This document shows positions 51,614 through 64,000 of a stretch of 64,000 nucleotides of DNA, piece by piece. Position 1 is the first letter of the stretch, and each line of letters begins with the position of its first letter. The notes below the pieces were generated by a model. That model had not been told where the DNA came from and did not search any database. It saw only the letters and a program-made list of their open reading frames with translations. This DNA comes from Trichoplax adhaerens (lineage: Eukaryota; Animalia; Placozoa). A program made the position numbers and the translations under genes. Location: assembly GCF_000150275.1 (NCBI RefSeq), contig NW_002060946.1, forward strand, positions 6,801,855 to 6,865,854. Direction: 5' to 3'.

Positions 51614-54600
51614 TCATGAAATCTTTTCCGGTACATGTTTATGTGCAACGTATAGAAATCCTATACTTGATAACGCACTGATCTGTAATGATACGGTAAG
51701 AATTAAATGAATACATTGCCAGTTCAGTTTACTTTGTAAGATACAATTGATATGGTCATGACTTACTAAGAAAATGACGTCAAACCAACGGTGATAAAAG
51801 CTAAATTGTAAGTCACCCAAAACTTTCGTAATAATAAGCCTGTGATGTTAAAATACAAGAGACAAAATCTGTGTTATAGACTACGCAATTTTATCTTTGC
51901 TACTATTTATTTTAATAGGTCACCTGTATTTCGCAGGTACATTCATTCTCATTAATACCACAGACGAAACAAAATACATTCCCTAAAATTGCATCAATGA
52001 TGGATGCAGAAGCAATACGTTATCAATTTTATGACTACTACATTTATACAATTATAAAATGTTAGATTTAGAGCAAACAGTTCAATCCTACGACATAATT
52101 TGTCAAAAAGACCTTTGTTACAATCTTACCATTATTTCAGCAAGACAGAGAACAATTGCGTTGGATGATTTACTACTTGATATTGCATTAAAGAACTGTT
52201 CAACGTAGATAAAGAAGAATCAAAAATGATTTAAAGGACGCTCTCTATTTTACTATTGATATCTTGATAGTAAATATTAAGTAGATAAAGCTAATAACTA
52301 ACCCAATCCACTGATAGCATACCTTAGTTAATGTTATCAAAAGTCCTCGAATAGATGTAACAATCATGATACCAACCAGAAAAAACGAAACATGCTGTGA
52401 CCAAAATTTCACCTATATTGATGCAGACAGAAAATAGATTCTTTATTTCTTTGCCACAATGCATTTAATCAATCTAAAAAATTATCAGTCTCGTCCACAT
52501 CTCCTTGCTTACATCGACGTCAAATCCTAAATAGTTGACTGTGTTGCGTGTTATATATATATATAAAAAGAGCATGTATTATCTTATTTAGTACTAGAAT
52601 AGATATTCCAAATGATTACTTGAGTATAGACTAACGTACCTAAAATTTCAAAACCTCGAGTTACAGGATCTATAGACATAGCAAGAAGCTGTATTAGAAC
52701 TCTCTATTATAACTTAAATTAATAATTTTCGCAATTTAGTTCATGGCATAGGCTATATAAACAATATCTAGGGGTTTATCATTTCTTCGACATTACCTGT
52801 CTTTCCAACTCTATCAAAAACGATGTTGATTGTGCACTACAAACATATAAAGCAGTTTTCGATTAAAGCCTACAGATTTTTTCCGTAAAAAAGGTATTCT
52901 TAAAATCACTTACAATAAAAATTTTCCAAATACAATAAAGAGAAAAGAAATAGCCCATCAGGTTAAAATATCGTCCTTTTAGCGTTCGGGAATAAGCTAT
53001 GCGCGCCTGTTTACAATGATATTGATATACGCAGCATTTTAAGGCTAGATGTAATTTCTCAATCAGTATACTATATCAAAGATTATAATAAAGAAGACTG
53101 TCAATTAGCCAAACCTTGGTAGCGTGCATATCAACGCTTTCAAGGAATAGTTGACGTGAAAGCTCCTCTAGTGCATCCACCTCATTTTTAAGATGGCTAA
53201 TATCTGTTATTAAAATAAGACGTAAGATAAGTCCGATATATTGGCTTTTGCCACTGTTCAATATTGAAACAGTAATATATTGAAGTAAAATGACATTACT
53301 TTCACTACCAGCGCTGCCTCCACTGATCATATTCCAAACAAACTGCATTCGACTTTTCTTTTGCTCTTGAGTGGCAGCGGTCTTACGACTACACCGTTTA
53401 AATACAGAGTGCATTTTAACAAGTTATGAAATTACTTTTTATGTAAACAATATCAGAGGAAACAGAAACTTGATTTCAAATATCTTGACAAGCTGAACTC
53501 CTGTCAAATCTTTTTACCTTTCATGTTCTGCAAGAGCAATACTGAAAATAAAAGTAGATTGACAGCTTTAATTTACACGAATGAGAAACACCTAATGCAC
53601 CAACGCCAAATTTAATATACCGTTTCTTTTTAGTGAGGATCATATCTATAGTCTGCGTGATTCGTTTTTCCAACGAGTAAATATCGCCATCTGAAATATT
53701 CCTATATCACAAGTTACAAAGCCAGGAGGAAAGTTAATAAACTGAGGTATCTTACTTCCTTATATTTCATTTAAAGTCTTGACAAAGTATGGAGCTTAAT
53801 TATTGTCTGTGACTAGCATTGTTACCTGGTAAAAACAGCCATATAAGTATAGGGACAGTTAACGGCACCAAACCCAGAGAGAATACCAATTATTGTAACT
53901 CCAATTACACCAACCCTACTAACAAGTTGCTCAATAGAGAGAATACCTAAAGATATTTTATATAAGAATAAAATTTAGATTGTACGATAATTCTACTACT
54001 TGATGTGCACTATTGGATTCACTTTAAATAGATGAGATTAATTTACTATGTCAAATTAGTAGCCATGCCCAGTTGCTAATTGTAATTACAGCGATTTACG
54101 GGTAGATATTTTTTTACCAGAGCAGTTACTAAATAGTATACAAAATTGACTTTGACCTACCGTGCTTTCGGCTTAGTATTGGAAAGGGATCTCCAAGTTT
54201 CCAAAAGAAATATATAAACACGAACCATGACACGAGAGCAGTGATAAACCGATTACGGTGAAACGGCCCTAGTGAAATAAATTAAAGAAAGGTATGTAAA
54301 TAAGTGTTGTGCAAAGGGTAGGCGTATTCATTATACTGGTTGATACAGTCAGTTAGGACATGAATTACTGACTTGATATTACTATGTAAAAGAAGTTGAA
54401 TACCAACAACTGATCGTAAAAGAAAGCTTCCATTTAGTCTTACGTTCTTCTTTTAATCATTTAAATTAAGTCTATCAGCAACTGTACGAAAGCATTTACA
54501 AACAAGATAATACAGTATATCAGAATCTATTAATAATTTTAATGTAGTGACATTACCGATTCGCGTATTTCCAACAGCATAATAAGCAATATAAAAGGGC

Positions 54601-57600
54601 AATATAAGTACAGCCATGCATAACATAGAATAGAGTCCAAGCTTCCAATGAAAAAATCGCGAGCTATAATTTGATAACATTAAATGTACTCGTTCAAATT
54701 ATGTAGTACGTTACATATTCATATGCCACTACAAATTCAGGTATTTGTCAATCGTAAGCTGTTACAGATATGGCAACTATCAATTATAGCATTCTTTCAT
54801 TAAAAACAGCTATTCTTTGGTATGGTAATGATGACAAAATGGTTAAAGACCACGCAATTATTAGCACTTTAAAAATAACTTAAGGCTTACCCAGGATCAA
54901 GAAAGCCCATAATTTCGAATATAATTAGCTCGAACATTGTACAAGATAGAGCAAAGGTAACCGAGAATATAAATTGAACCATAACGTGACGAACCTAAGA
55001 AAAAACATTTTTAAATCTTGCGTTACAGTCCGAAACGTGTGAACAGACCTATCATTGGTTGTAGTATTTGAACACAGCAAAGTATATAAGATATTGTAAA
55101 AATTAATTTTATTTATTACAGCCTTTGTCAATAGGATATGTTTGCTATATAGGCTGATCATAATGAATGGTAATTATATTTTAGTAATACTATTATTAAT
55201 GTTTGCTTTTATAAACGACTTTGTTAATTGGATAGATTGGTCATCGTTTAATTAATAGTGATGAAAGGTAATGATGTTCTGCCATGGCCTCAATATTGAT
55301 TCATGCAATATACGCTGAAATTCCAATCTCACCTCATAGTCTTTAAAGAGTCGTCGCATAAAGAATAACCAGCCAAATCCAAAGAAAAGAATCTAGAAGA
55401 AATAAGTTATTGGTTTAGCTACCATTTTTTTATTTAATTGATTTTTGGTTAACTGTTGTTAATACTGTATACAGTAAGTATATCTAGCGCATTTCATTGA
55501 TACAATTACTCGCACTACGTATATCTAGTACATGGCATTGATATGAATACTCATCATATTCAAACAAATACCCATTCCAAATTAATCATCGTAGTCTATC
55601 GAATGATAAAAGGACGATTAAAACAACCTTCTGATATTGACATTAAGCAATTTTGTGTTAATTGTTATCATTGCTCTGTCTACAATATGGATATTGACAT
55701 TTGTCCATAATTCAGACCCGCAACCGATTAGTTGTAGTACATCGGGATCTAGTATGACGATAAAAAAGTCTTATTTTTGATATTTAGATGTTTATTCATA
55801 ATGCCGGTTGCGAATAGATTATTGTGTACATATTAGAGATTTCGACGTGCGATCATAATGAAAGTTGCGAATAGATTTGACATCTTAATATTTGCCAGAA
55901 TACTGATGATATTTCGATATTGGTTTATAATGCTGGTTGCGAATAGATTAGTCATGGTGCTGTATGTCAGTATGGTGAATGATAGTTCAGGTCTACTTAT
56001 TCGAGATTTATTAGATGTGCGATTATAATGGCAGTTGCCAATAGATTGATCATCGTACCAGAATACTGAATGGCTGTTAAGGTCTACTTTCTGGATATTT
56101 AGATATTCGTTTATCATGCCGGTTACGAATAAATTAGTCGTGGTACGACAAGTCAAAATGCTGAATGACTGTTAAGGTCTACTTTCTGGATATTTAGATA
56201 TTCGTTTATCATGCCGGTGATGAATAAATTAGTTATGGTACGACACGTCATAATGCTGAATGGCAATCAAGATCTACATTTTTGGCATTTCGATATTCGT
56301 TTTGTAACACCGGTTGCGAACAGATTAGTCATACTCGATATCAAAATACTGAATGACAATTACTTGCTGTATTTGAGATTTCAATGTTCGTTTATAACGG
56401 CGGTTGCGAATAGATTAGTCATCATAATGTACGTATAGTAGAATCCTGGATGAAGAATAAGGTCTACAATTTTTGATATTTCGATATTTGCTAATAACGC
56501 AAATTAAGAATAAATTAGTTGTAACATATCATAATACAGAGTGACAAGTAATGCATTCGATTGGATATTTACTTTTCTCTATTTTGCGTTAACTGTTGCT
56601 GTTATAAAGTAGATGATCACGCTTGTCAAAACAATCCGAGTTTGGCAGGATTCGTGTTCATGTGCAGTGGTATGGCAGGGATATTCGGTAACAGAATGAA
56701 GACCTTGGGCTTACTGCTCATATTTGGATATATCTACAGCACTCCTAATAGAGTGGTAGGATATCTCATTTTTACCTTGGCTGCAGTTATTGTCGAGTAT
56801 TGCGTTGTGTAGTCAATAGCCTACGTAAAAGTAGAAACCGTCCAAGGTCTCATTTCGGTCTATTTCAGTGCATACTTTTACTCTCTTTTGAATGATGAAA
56901 TCTGTTTATGAAATAGATTCAAGATCGATAGCAAGTATGGCATTATTCCATCTAGAATGGATTTGTTTCCATGCTCAACTTATACTCTATCGCTCTCATC
57001 GATGATGGAAGTCAGATAACTCGAATTAATATTTCTATCGATATTGGAATTGGGTAGCTATCATTCATTACCCAGTCTGCACTATTTATAAAGATAAACA
57101 TAAACTACATGATTCCGTCTACGATGGACTATTTACAAGCGAATCAGACGATTGGCAAGATGATGAGAAGCGCATTTGAGTTGATTCATATTATGCTGAC
57201 TGTTGATATTGGACGAGCAGAGATGATGGGTTAGAGTAGTGTAGCACTGAGTAGTTTATTATGCGGGATCGATGGATGCGTTGGAATCGAGTCTATCCTA
57301 TGATTGAAAGATGATGAAAGCACTTGAGATTTTAATTTGCAGACCAATGTCAATCTCTTGACTACAATGCATGATGACACTCATCAAGGAGAACAACGTT
57401 GTCATTTTACCCATGTTTTGGTTTACCACGACGACAAAAGATGACAATTGTGATGGAAGACTAGAGAAGAATATCAAATTAATTCAATCCTTGCAGGAGA
57501 TCACTGTACTTTGATATTCTACAGGACTTGCAAGAGATCCATTCTATGGTATCAATGATATGCAATGGGTGTAAACAGTAAAGAAGGATATCGTCCAATG

Positions 57601-57835
57601 GATGGATGATGGAATCCATCATGCTAGGCAGCTATACGATGGATTGCAATGAGAGGGCTATCAGCATCTACCCTTTAAGCTGGGTGTTATTGCAATTGTT
57701 ACCGATGATTACTCTCGTTCTTATTCTAACCAAGTAGGACTAAGTAGAAATACAAGTTGAAACGAATAGAACAGGTTAAATGAACAATCTTACTTGGGAT
57801 ATAAACATGATGACGGAATCGGTGATGAAAGACAT
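51614..57835 (-). CDS. GPR89: Golgi pH regulator (GPR89/GPHR), 19 coding exons
   Basis: Exon 1 [14 protein letters not shown] (57835-57794) and exon 2 [20 protein letters not shown] (55392-55333). Later exons give [113 protein letters not shown] and KHVPEKIS*. Junctions are GT-AG. Confidence 0.97.
55700..56530. repeat. Degenerate tandem array (~70-105-bp units, about 9 copies) in GPR89 intron 1
   Basis: ataatgccggttgcgaatagattagtc...atactgaatg...aggtctact...gatatttagat.ttcgtttat recurs at ~55800, 55860, 55930, 56030, 56115, 56210, 56310 and 56400. Confidence 0.9.
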
Positions 57836-58039
57836 GTTGAGTTGGGACGAGGGCTCCTTTAGCCAGCAATCTTCAATAGGAAATTTTCTCTTTTCTTAAC
57901 AGATCGATGCCTTACTTCTCAATACAGCAAGCCACCTTGAAGTTGAGCATAAGACTACTCGTAGAAAGTGGAAAAAATTAAAGCAACTCGACTTGGTGTT
58001 GCCAATGGATTCTCCATCAACATGCTAAACCGACCAGTT

Positions 58040-58320
58040 AGTGGATGGCCTCCAACAAAGGACCCAAGTGGACCGTGGTGGACCGTGGTGGACCGTATCG
58101 ACGGTATCGTACCGTCGTGACCGTATCCAGCTAGGGTAGAGCAGTGGACAGAGTGCGCATGCGGTCAAGATGTCAACTTGTGACGTAATGGTTGTGTTTG
58201 CAACCATCTCCAGTACTACTATTTGTGTGGACCGATTGGTTTGTGGTCATTTCAACCAGACCGTATGCTTGTAATGGTACACTATACTGTCAAAAAGTTC
58301 GAGACGGTCAATCGTCCATA
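58040..58320. promoter_or_regulatory. Candidate GPR89 promoter with GACCGT cluster
   Basis: (gtggaccgtg)x3 at 58068-58096, further accgt/acggt words, tgcgcatgcg (NRF1-like, ~58154), tgacgtaa (~58181) and gattgg (~58234). The cluster lies 230-480 bp upstream of the GPR89 ATG. Confidence 0.5.
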
Positions 58321-58819
58321 AACTACTAATAACGAGAACCAGCCAGGCTAATTAGGCCCATTAAGTTAATTTTGCTGGTTATTTTGGCATTTCTGCTCAC
58401 TGCTTCTAGTTTTCTGTCTTTTAGTCGTTTCCTGACTGGACTGCACTGTCGATTGAGATGAGTATAGATGGGCTACTTGGTTCTCCTAGTAGTCCATCCA
58501 TAATATGCATTCTGTTAGGAGTAACTGTACTGTCCATGAAGATGAGATTGCACACAATCATCAACTACTTGCTTCTCCTTGTAGTCGACGGTATAGCGTA
58601 ATGTGTATTCTACCCGTCATTTTCTATTGCAGAGGGGGTAAGCAATAATTTAAACAACTTTTGCTCTTCTCCTATGGTCTAATGGACATGAACGACGTTG
58701 AGTCCAGACATCATGTGCCTGCTGCTGCTGGCCATTTTTACTACTATCCTGGACTTGTGCAGCGAACTGGCTCCTGCAACAAGTTGATTCTGCTGTCTGT
58801 ACGCCCAGTCGTCCGTGCC

Positions 58820-58965
58820 ACGCTACAGTGTACAGTATGTTCTTACACTGAAAAGTACTGCACGTGACAGTATACAGTACTGTACTGTATTGTACCGTAC
58901 AGTGTACTGTACAGTGTAGAGTACAGGACAGAACAGCCCTAGTGTACTGTACACTGTAAAAGTGG
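58820..58965. repeat. CAGTA/TACTG-rich palindromic tract upstream of the RASSF gene
   Basis: Dense tacagt/actgta words. Shares the exact 20-mer gtactgtacactgtaaaagt (58944-58963) with 6234-6253. Confidence 0.8.
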
Positions 58966-59489
58966 CGAAAACTGCAATAGCATCTGCTGGCCTTTGCAGT
59001 GATTGCTAGCAATAATCTAGGACTTTCTTCCACTCAATCTCAAAATGATTCCAAAGCTAGTCCGACATTCCTAATGGAGATGGTCCATGGATGGAGGATA
59101 GCTACCGTTCAATAAAAAAAAGATTGACCAAATGACTCAGGAATGGATTGATTCCTTTGGATTATTTGCAAAGGAAAGACAGTAAGACGATCATCATCAG
59201 GGAAAAACCTTCATCTTGTTGCTCCATCTGCTTAAAGTCAATATTTTTCATGCTAAAGTCCCTTGCAAAGGCAAGAAGAAAAAGCCTACTATACATTGAG
59301 CATATCTCAACAGGAAAGAGAAAATACCATCAATCTTATTTCATAAACAATAGCTTTCACTACAAATCATGATCGTTGTATAAACTGCTCAACGATAGCC
59401 TCAACGATTGAATAAAATTCCATCATATAAGGAACCTTACCATTAGAACAGGAAAGAAAAAAATACCGTAGAAAGATTAACCATCAGCA

Positions 59490-60530
59490 ATGGATTGGTG
59501 CGATACTTGTTGTCAATTCATTCTACCACAGGATCAAATTCAAAGTTTAGGCCGTTATTATCATCGAAATTGTTTCTATTGTGCTCAATGTCGACGCCAA
59601 CTTCAAGCAGGAAAACATCTACAATTAAAGCAACAATTATTTTGCAATCGTTGCTCTAGTTCTATCTTATTGCAGCAATATCATACCAGCAATGATCAAG
59701 ACGAACAAGAGATAGACGACGACAACAACCGTGGTGTTGTTCATTGCAATAACATCATCAATAACAATCATTCTTACAATTGGCAGGATACATCAGAAAG
59801 AGAGAAAAATAATGCTTATCAAAAGCCGTCCTTAACCCAACAAAACCATAGTCAAATCGATTCCATCAAACAAAGAGTAGAAGAGTATAACATTTATTAT
59901 GCTCAAAGTCATCATTTACATTTAACCATTCAAAAACAAAATGATAACATGATTGTCCATGGACTTTTAAAATTCTATTGGCATATCCAATTCCCAACAC
60001 GTATACTAGATCAACATACCACCCATCTTATTACTGATTTAATCGATGTCAATACATCAATTGACAACAACAACAATCTTGACTATCCTTCTTTCTTACC
60101 TCCAATCCATTCATTACAACATATTCATATCTCATCGAATTTATCAACCGTCAATGTTATCGCTTTACTATTAGGCAAAAATAAAATTATTCATCATCAT
60201 CAACATTATGGCCTTTTCCTAACTTATCATCATGGCTATACACGACAATTAAAAGAGGATGAATATCCACTCTTGGTACGCTTACAAGTTGGCCCTAGTG
60301 ATGAAGTATGTAAAATTGTGCTGAAAGAAATGGCTCATGACGATCAACACAACAAATCGATATCGCAAGAAGCGGCTCAATTTATGTGCTTTTCATCCAC
60401 AGAATTAGAAATTATCTTGAAACAATACCAAATTGAAGAACAGCGTGAGTCGGAGAAAATTCGTACCAAATATTCCAAGGAAAAAACCTTGATTGAAAAC
60501 CAATTACAATCGATGCAATGCAGCCTATAA
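59490..60530 (+). CDS. LIM-domain Ras-association (RA) and SARAH domain protein (RASSF2/4/6-like, dRASSF-type), 346 aa, intronless CDS
   Basis: N-terminal LIM domain CDTC..YHRNCFYCAQC..FCNRC. RASSF-type motifs HGLLKFYW, FLPP..HIHISS and LKEDEYPLLVRLQVGPSDEVCKIVLKE. C-terminal SARAH-like helix FSSTELEIILKQYQIEEQRESEKIRTKY. Confidence 0.88.
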   Translation: MDWCDTCCQFILPQDQIQSLGRYYHRNCFYCAQCRRQLQAGKHLQLKQQLFCNRCSSSILLQQYHTSNDQDEQEIDDDNNRGVVHCNNIINNNHSYNWQDTSEREKNNAYQKPSLTQQNHSQIDSIKQRVEEYNIYYAQSHHLHLTIQKQNDNMIVHGLLKFYWHIQFPTRILDQHTTHLITDLIDVNTSIDNNNNLDYPSFLPPIHSLQHIHISSNLSTVNVIALLLGKNKIIHHHQHYGLFLTYHHGYTRQLKEDEYPLLVRLQVGPSDEVCKIVLKEMAHDDQHNKSISQEAAQFMCFSSTELEIILKQYQIEEQRESEKIRTKYSKEKTLIENQLQSMQCSL

Positions 60531-63500
60531 TATATAAAAAAATAGTACTGAAAAGTAAAATAACCTGGTCATCTTGATCGTGTTGTACTATCAATATTGG
60601 CTATAATACGCTTCCTTAATTTGGTACTGAGGTTTTATTATTTAGAAAAAAGAGACTGCAGTTACATAAATGGATTATCTATTACACTATATTGTCGAAA
60701 AATGATTCAAGAAGAAAAAATCTTGATTGAAAAATAGCTCTTTTCATACAATTCACTCTACAAGAAATAGAGACTATAATAAAATAACAAATTATCATTA
60801 TATTATTATTATATTGTCAATAGTGACCCTACTACGCTTCCACTATTCGATATAGAATTTTGATACTTGTGAAAAAAAGGACCGTAGTAAAGTAAAATAA
60901 AACTATCAGATCTTTCTTCGATATTATGATGTCCATATCATTCCTGGATACGTTATGCTTGACATCGTATTCCATTTCTCACTATTAAATGTCCTCTCTT
61001 ATTGCTATGCAATAGTTTTCCTATTATACAAAAGATAAATCTTGAACTGTACTTATTGGACATTGACTATAAAAGTTATAAAAAACGCCATTATAGAATG
61101 CTTAACTTATACCGATAATTTCATCATCTTCTAGCGACATAGTATCTTATTCTTGTGCAATACCATGTTACGAAAAATGCTTGTTTTCTTCTTGCAATAA
61201 CTATTACTAAATATTAATAGTTAAACTGTGTCTATCTAGTGACTATCAATTAATTAATAAAAAAATATCTGCGGTTTTTTTTAATGTGAACATACTGTAT
61301 TCATTTTGCTTTCAAAGTAGGTAACCGCTGTTTTAGGATACAAATTGGATAACCACAGCGATAATTGATTATATCTTAGGTTATTTTATTCATTTTATCT
61401 CATCAGTTAAAAAAGTGTTTGGTGAGAATGAATTAGAATCGTGTAAACATTTCCATAGACGGAATATTTTATCAATTATAAGATTTCAATGGCTCACAAC
61501 CGGATAACTTCATAATACCTAATTTATATCCTTCTATGGATTTCTTTCTTATAAACAAAGTTAATTTATTGCTTGTAAATACGTACAGTGGCGTATGATA
61601 TATTGATATTGCACGATAATCGGCCGGTGATTTCAAGTCAATCATTGAATTACTGGAACAAATTTGATGCTCTTCATATCAAGATTTTAATGTACAGTGC
61701 TTAAATATTTTGTATATTTGCAAACGTTCGTAGCTCAGTATTAGAGAACTCAAAGTAATCGACTAACTTTTAGTCTTGCATGCATTGTCTCAGGTTTATA
61801 AAACTCATTTTCATGTTATAAAATGGTTTCGAATAAACTTTTTGAGCACTTTAGCCAATGGTACAATTTCTACGGTACTCACCTACCTCCGGTTTTTGGT
61901 AACTAAAAATAATACATTAAATAAAACCCTTGTTAGCGATGATCGGAAACCTTGACTGGTGAAGCCTAACTAACTGTACAGTACTCATACATATCGTAGT
62001 GGCAATATGGACTATCAACAGTCAATAACGCTGTAATTTTTCTGTATAGTTATAATCAACTAAATCCACCAGAAGGACCAACTTAAAATCTTACAGACTT
62101 TGAAATATGGATATGACCATACTGAAAGTCTATTAGTCAACGATATACCGAACTTGAAATGATTTAGCAACTCCATAGTTTAAATCGTACCACTGTAGTC
62201 AAATTATCCTCAGTCCATGACCACTATTTCGTTATTATCATGACCAATAATTAATTAATAGGGATACTACTATATTATTGATGTCATATTATTTTCGAGT
62301 TTGATCCCCTTTCAATTAATTTTACTATTAGGAATGCCCTTAGAAGGAAAGAAAACTAGTAAATGTTACAGATATGTTATAAAAACTAGTCGTTCAAACT
62401 AATTTATTGCTCATTGATTACCACCGATATTAAGTCTTTTTATTATAGAGACAGTACAGATATTAGTTGAATTGTTGAATACTACACGTTTTCAATCATC
62501 AATTCAAAATAGATAAATTGGAAACATTTTGTTGATAAACATTAGCAATGAAATTCCAGTTTGGTGGACGGGCTTCAATTCTCAATCTTGCTATGATATT
62601 TGAAGAATCGAACAACTACAGTTTAATAGCTTAAATTATTTCTTCATTTTTTCGTTAAAATACTGACGTATAATACTGTACCATAAGTAAGCGTCCCTAA
62701 TGCGCATACTAACAATAAGTTCAAGTAGATGATATCCTTATCAATATCTAGATCTACGAAATAGTGATATTGTACTTGACTAAATTATAATGAATAGACG
62801 ATTTGACGATTCAATCGTCTCAGCAAAGATTTTATCTCTGCACGACCAATATAACAAGATTGAGGTAAAGCCGTAACATGAATATCTGCATAATATCGAG
62901 CCATTAATGTTATTACTATTTTATTTTTGAATTCTATTAATTATGACAACTAGAGAAAAATTGATTTTCAGTCAATAGAATTTTTCCTCAATAATTTCAC
63001 AACATAATATTATTTTTTTAAATATTATTTAAGGGCAATATAGTTCTATTTTTATGATTTTTTATATGTATCCTAGATTATTTGGCAAGATCTGATTATT
63101 AAAATATGGAAAATATTGCCGATTACCTCTTCATATCTTATCTTTTATCCTACCGTGTCTACAATATTATCCATTGTTAATTCATCAATTGATTACACTA
63201 CTATAATTAATATTAGTTGTGCTGTTTTCATAATGGATAAAATTGATTCATTGCATTTACTCGTAATAAAACAATAATAATAACGTGCCAATCTCTGTAT
63301 CTGGTAGTTTGCAGTTAATTTGTTTAAATTATACAATAATATTAGGATTTGGAAAACAATCCTCATCTTTCTTTACTGTCAAGAGTAAGTCTTCCTTGTG
63401 TTGGCTTATTTTTTACTACACTAATGATTGTCTGTATGCTACATGTTAAAAACAAGAATAAAATAATCAAATGTAATGCAGTTAAAAATAATTGTTTATG

Positions 63501-64000
63501 TTCTGAAATACCATTTCGTAATAAGGTTAGTAAATGGACCCAGCTTGCAGTAAATTGTTACATAGAACTCAGATATACAAGGGTTAATAAGAATAAAGAT
63601 AATTGGAATAATTCTGAAGGATAAGGACTAGCTTGGAAAAGTAGGGTTATTTCTTACCGAAATTATGTATTGATTGTTATCCTTGTACCGTTCATGAACA
63701 TAGCCTAGATGAGACTACTTAAATTACCCTTTATTATTATTGGTAGTTAGACATCTAAGATTCCTAAACTAGACGATTAATATTACGATGTAAGTGATTA
63801 CAGTGTAGATTAAAAATTCAATTGCGTCAACGTCAAGATCTACAAAAGATTTGTATGATCATAGCAGCCTTAATAAGTATGCATAAAATCCTGCTAAAAC
63901 ACTTTCCGGATAATGTTACATCATGTTAAAATCGATTTATAATATAATGTAGAATTTGACTATGAATTTGTAACCTAATATACAAGCATAGCAATTAGGA

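Noticed and set aside
58650-59033. ORFs rich in C/T/V/Y/Q (also 6104-6322 and 16902-17147)
   Set aside because: These are translations of the CAGTA/TACTG low-complexity tracts with no protein signature.

Overview
AT-rich eukaryotic (animal) genomic DNA with short GT-AG introns. The composition and gene style resemble a placozoan such as Trichoplax, but that is an inference. I reconstructed seven protein-coding genes by splicing by hand: (1) a two-exon 133-aa single C2H2 zinc-finger protein (-, 14680-15377); (2) RABAC1/PRA1 (+); (3) a large multi-exon MEGF8-like gene (-); (4) UFC1 (-, six exons, absent from the ORF track); (5) a flavin-containing monooxygenase (+); (6) GPR89/GPHR (-, 19 exons); (7) a LIM-RA-SARAH RASSF gene with an intronless CDS (+). 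About 13 kb at the start and about 7 kb between MEGF8 and UFC1 have no recognisable genes and contain several tandem-repeat arrays of different ages. The most interesting items are the small zinc-finger protein (fungal-like KHxWEH..W..H..V..xAAxxL signature, candidate Sin3-binding helix, NLS and E2F/CCAAT promoter), a divergent MGRN1-docking motif in MEGF8, recurrent palindromic CAGTA/TACTG tracts and ACCGT clusters at divergent promoters, and hairpin-associated micro-rearrangements. I found no CRISPR array, tRNA, rRNA or intact transposon.
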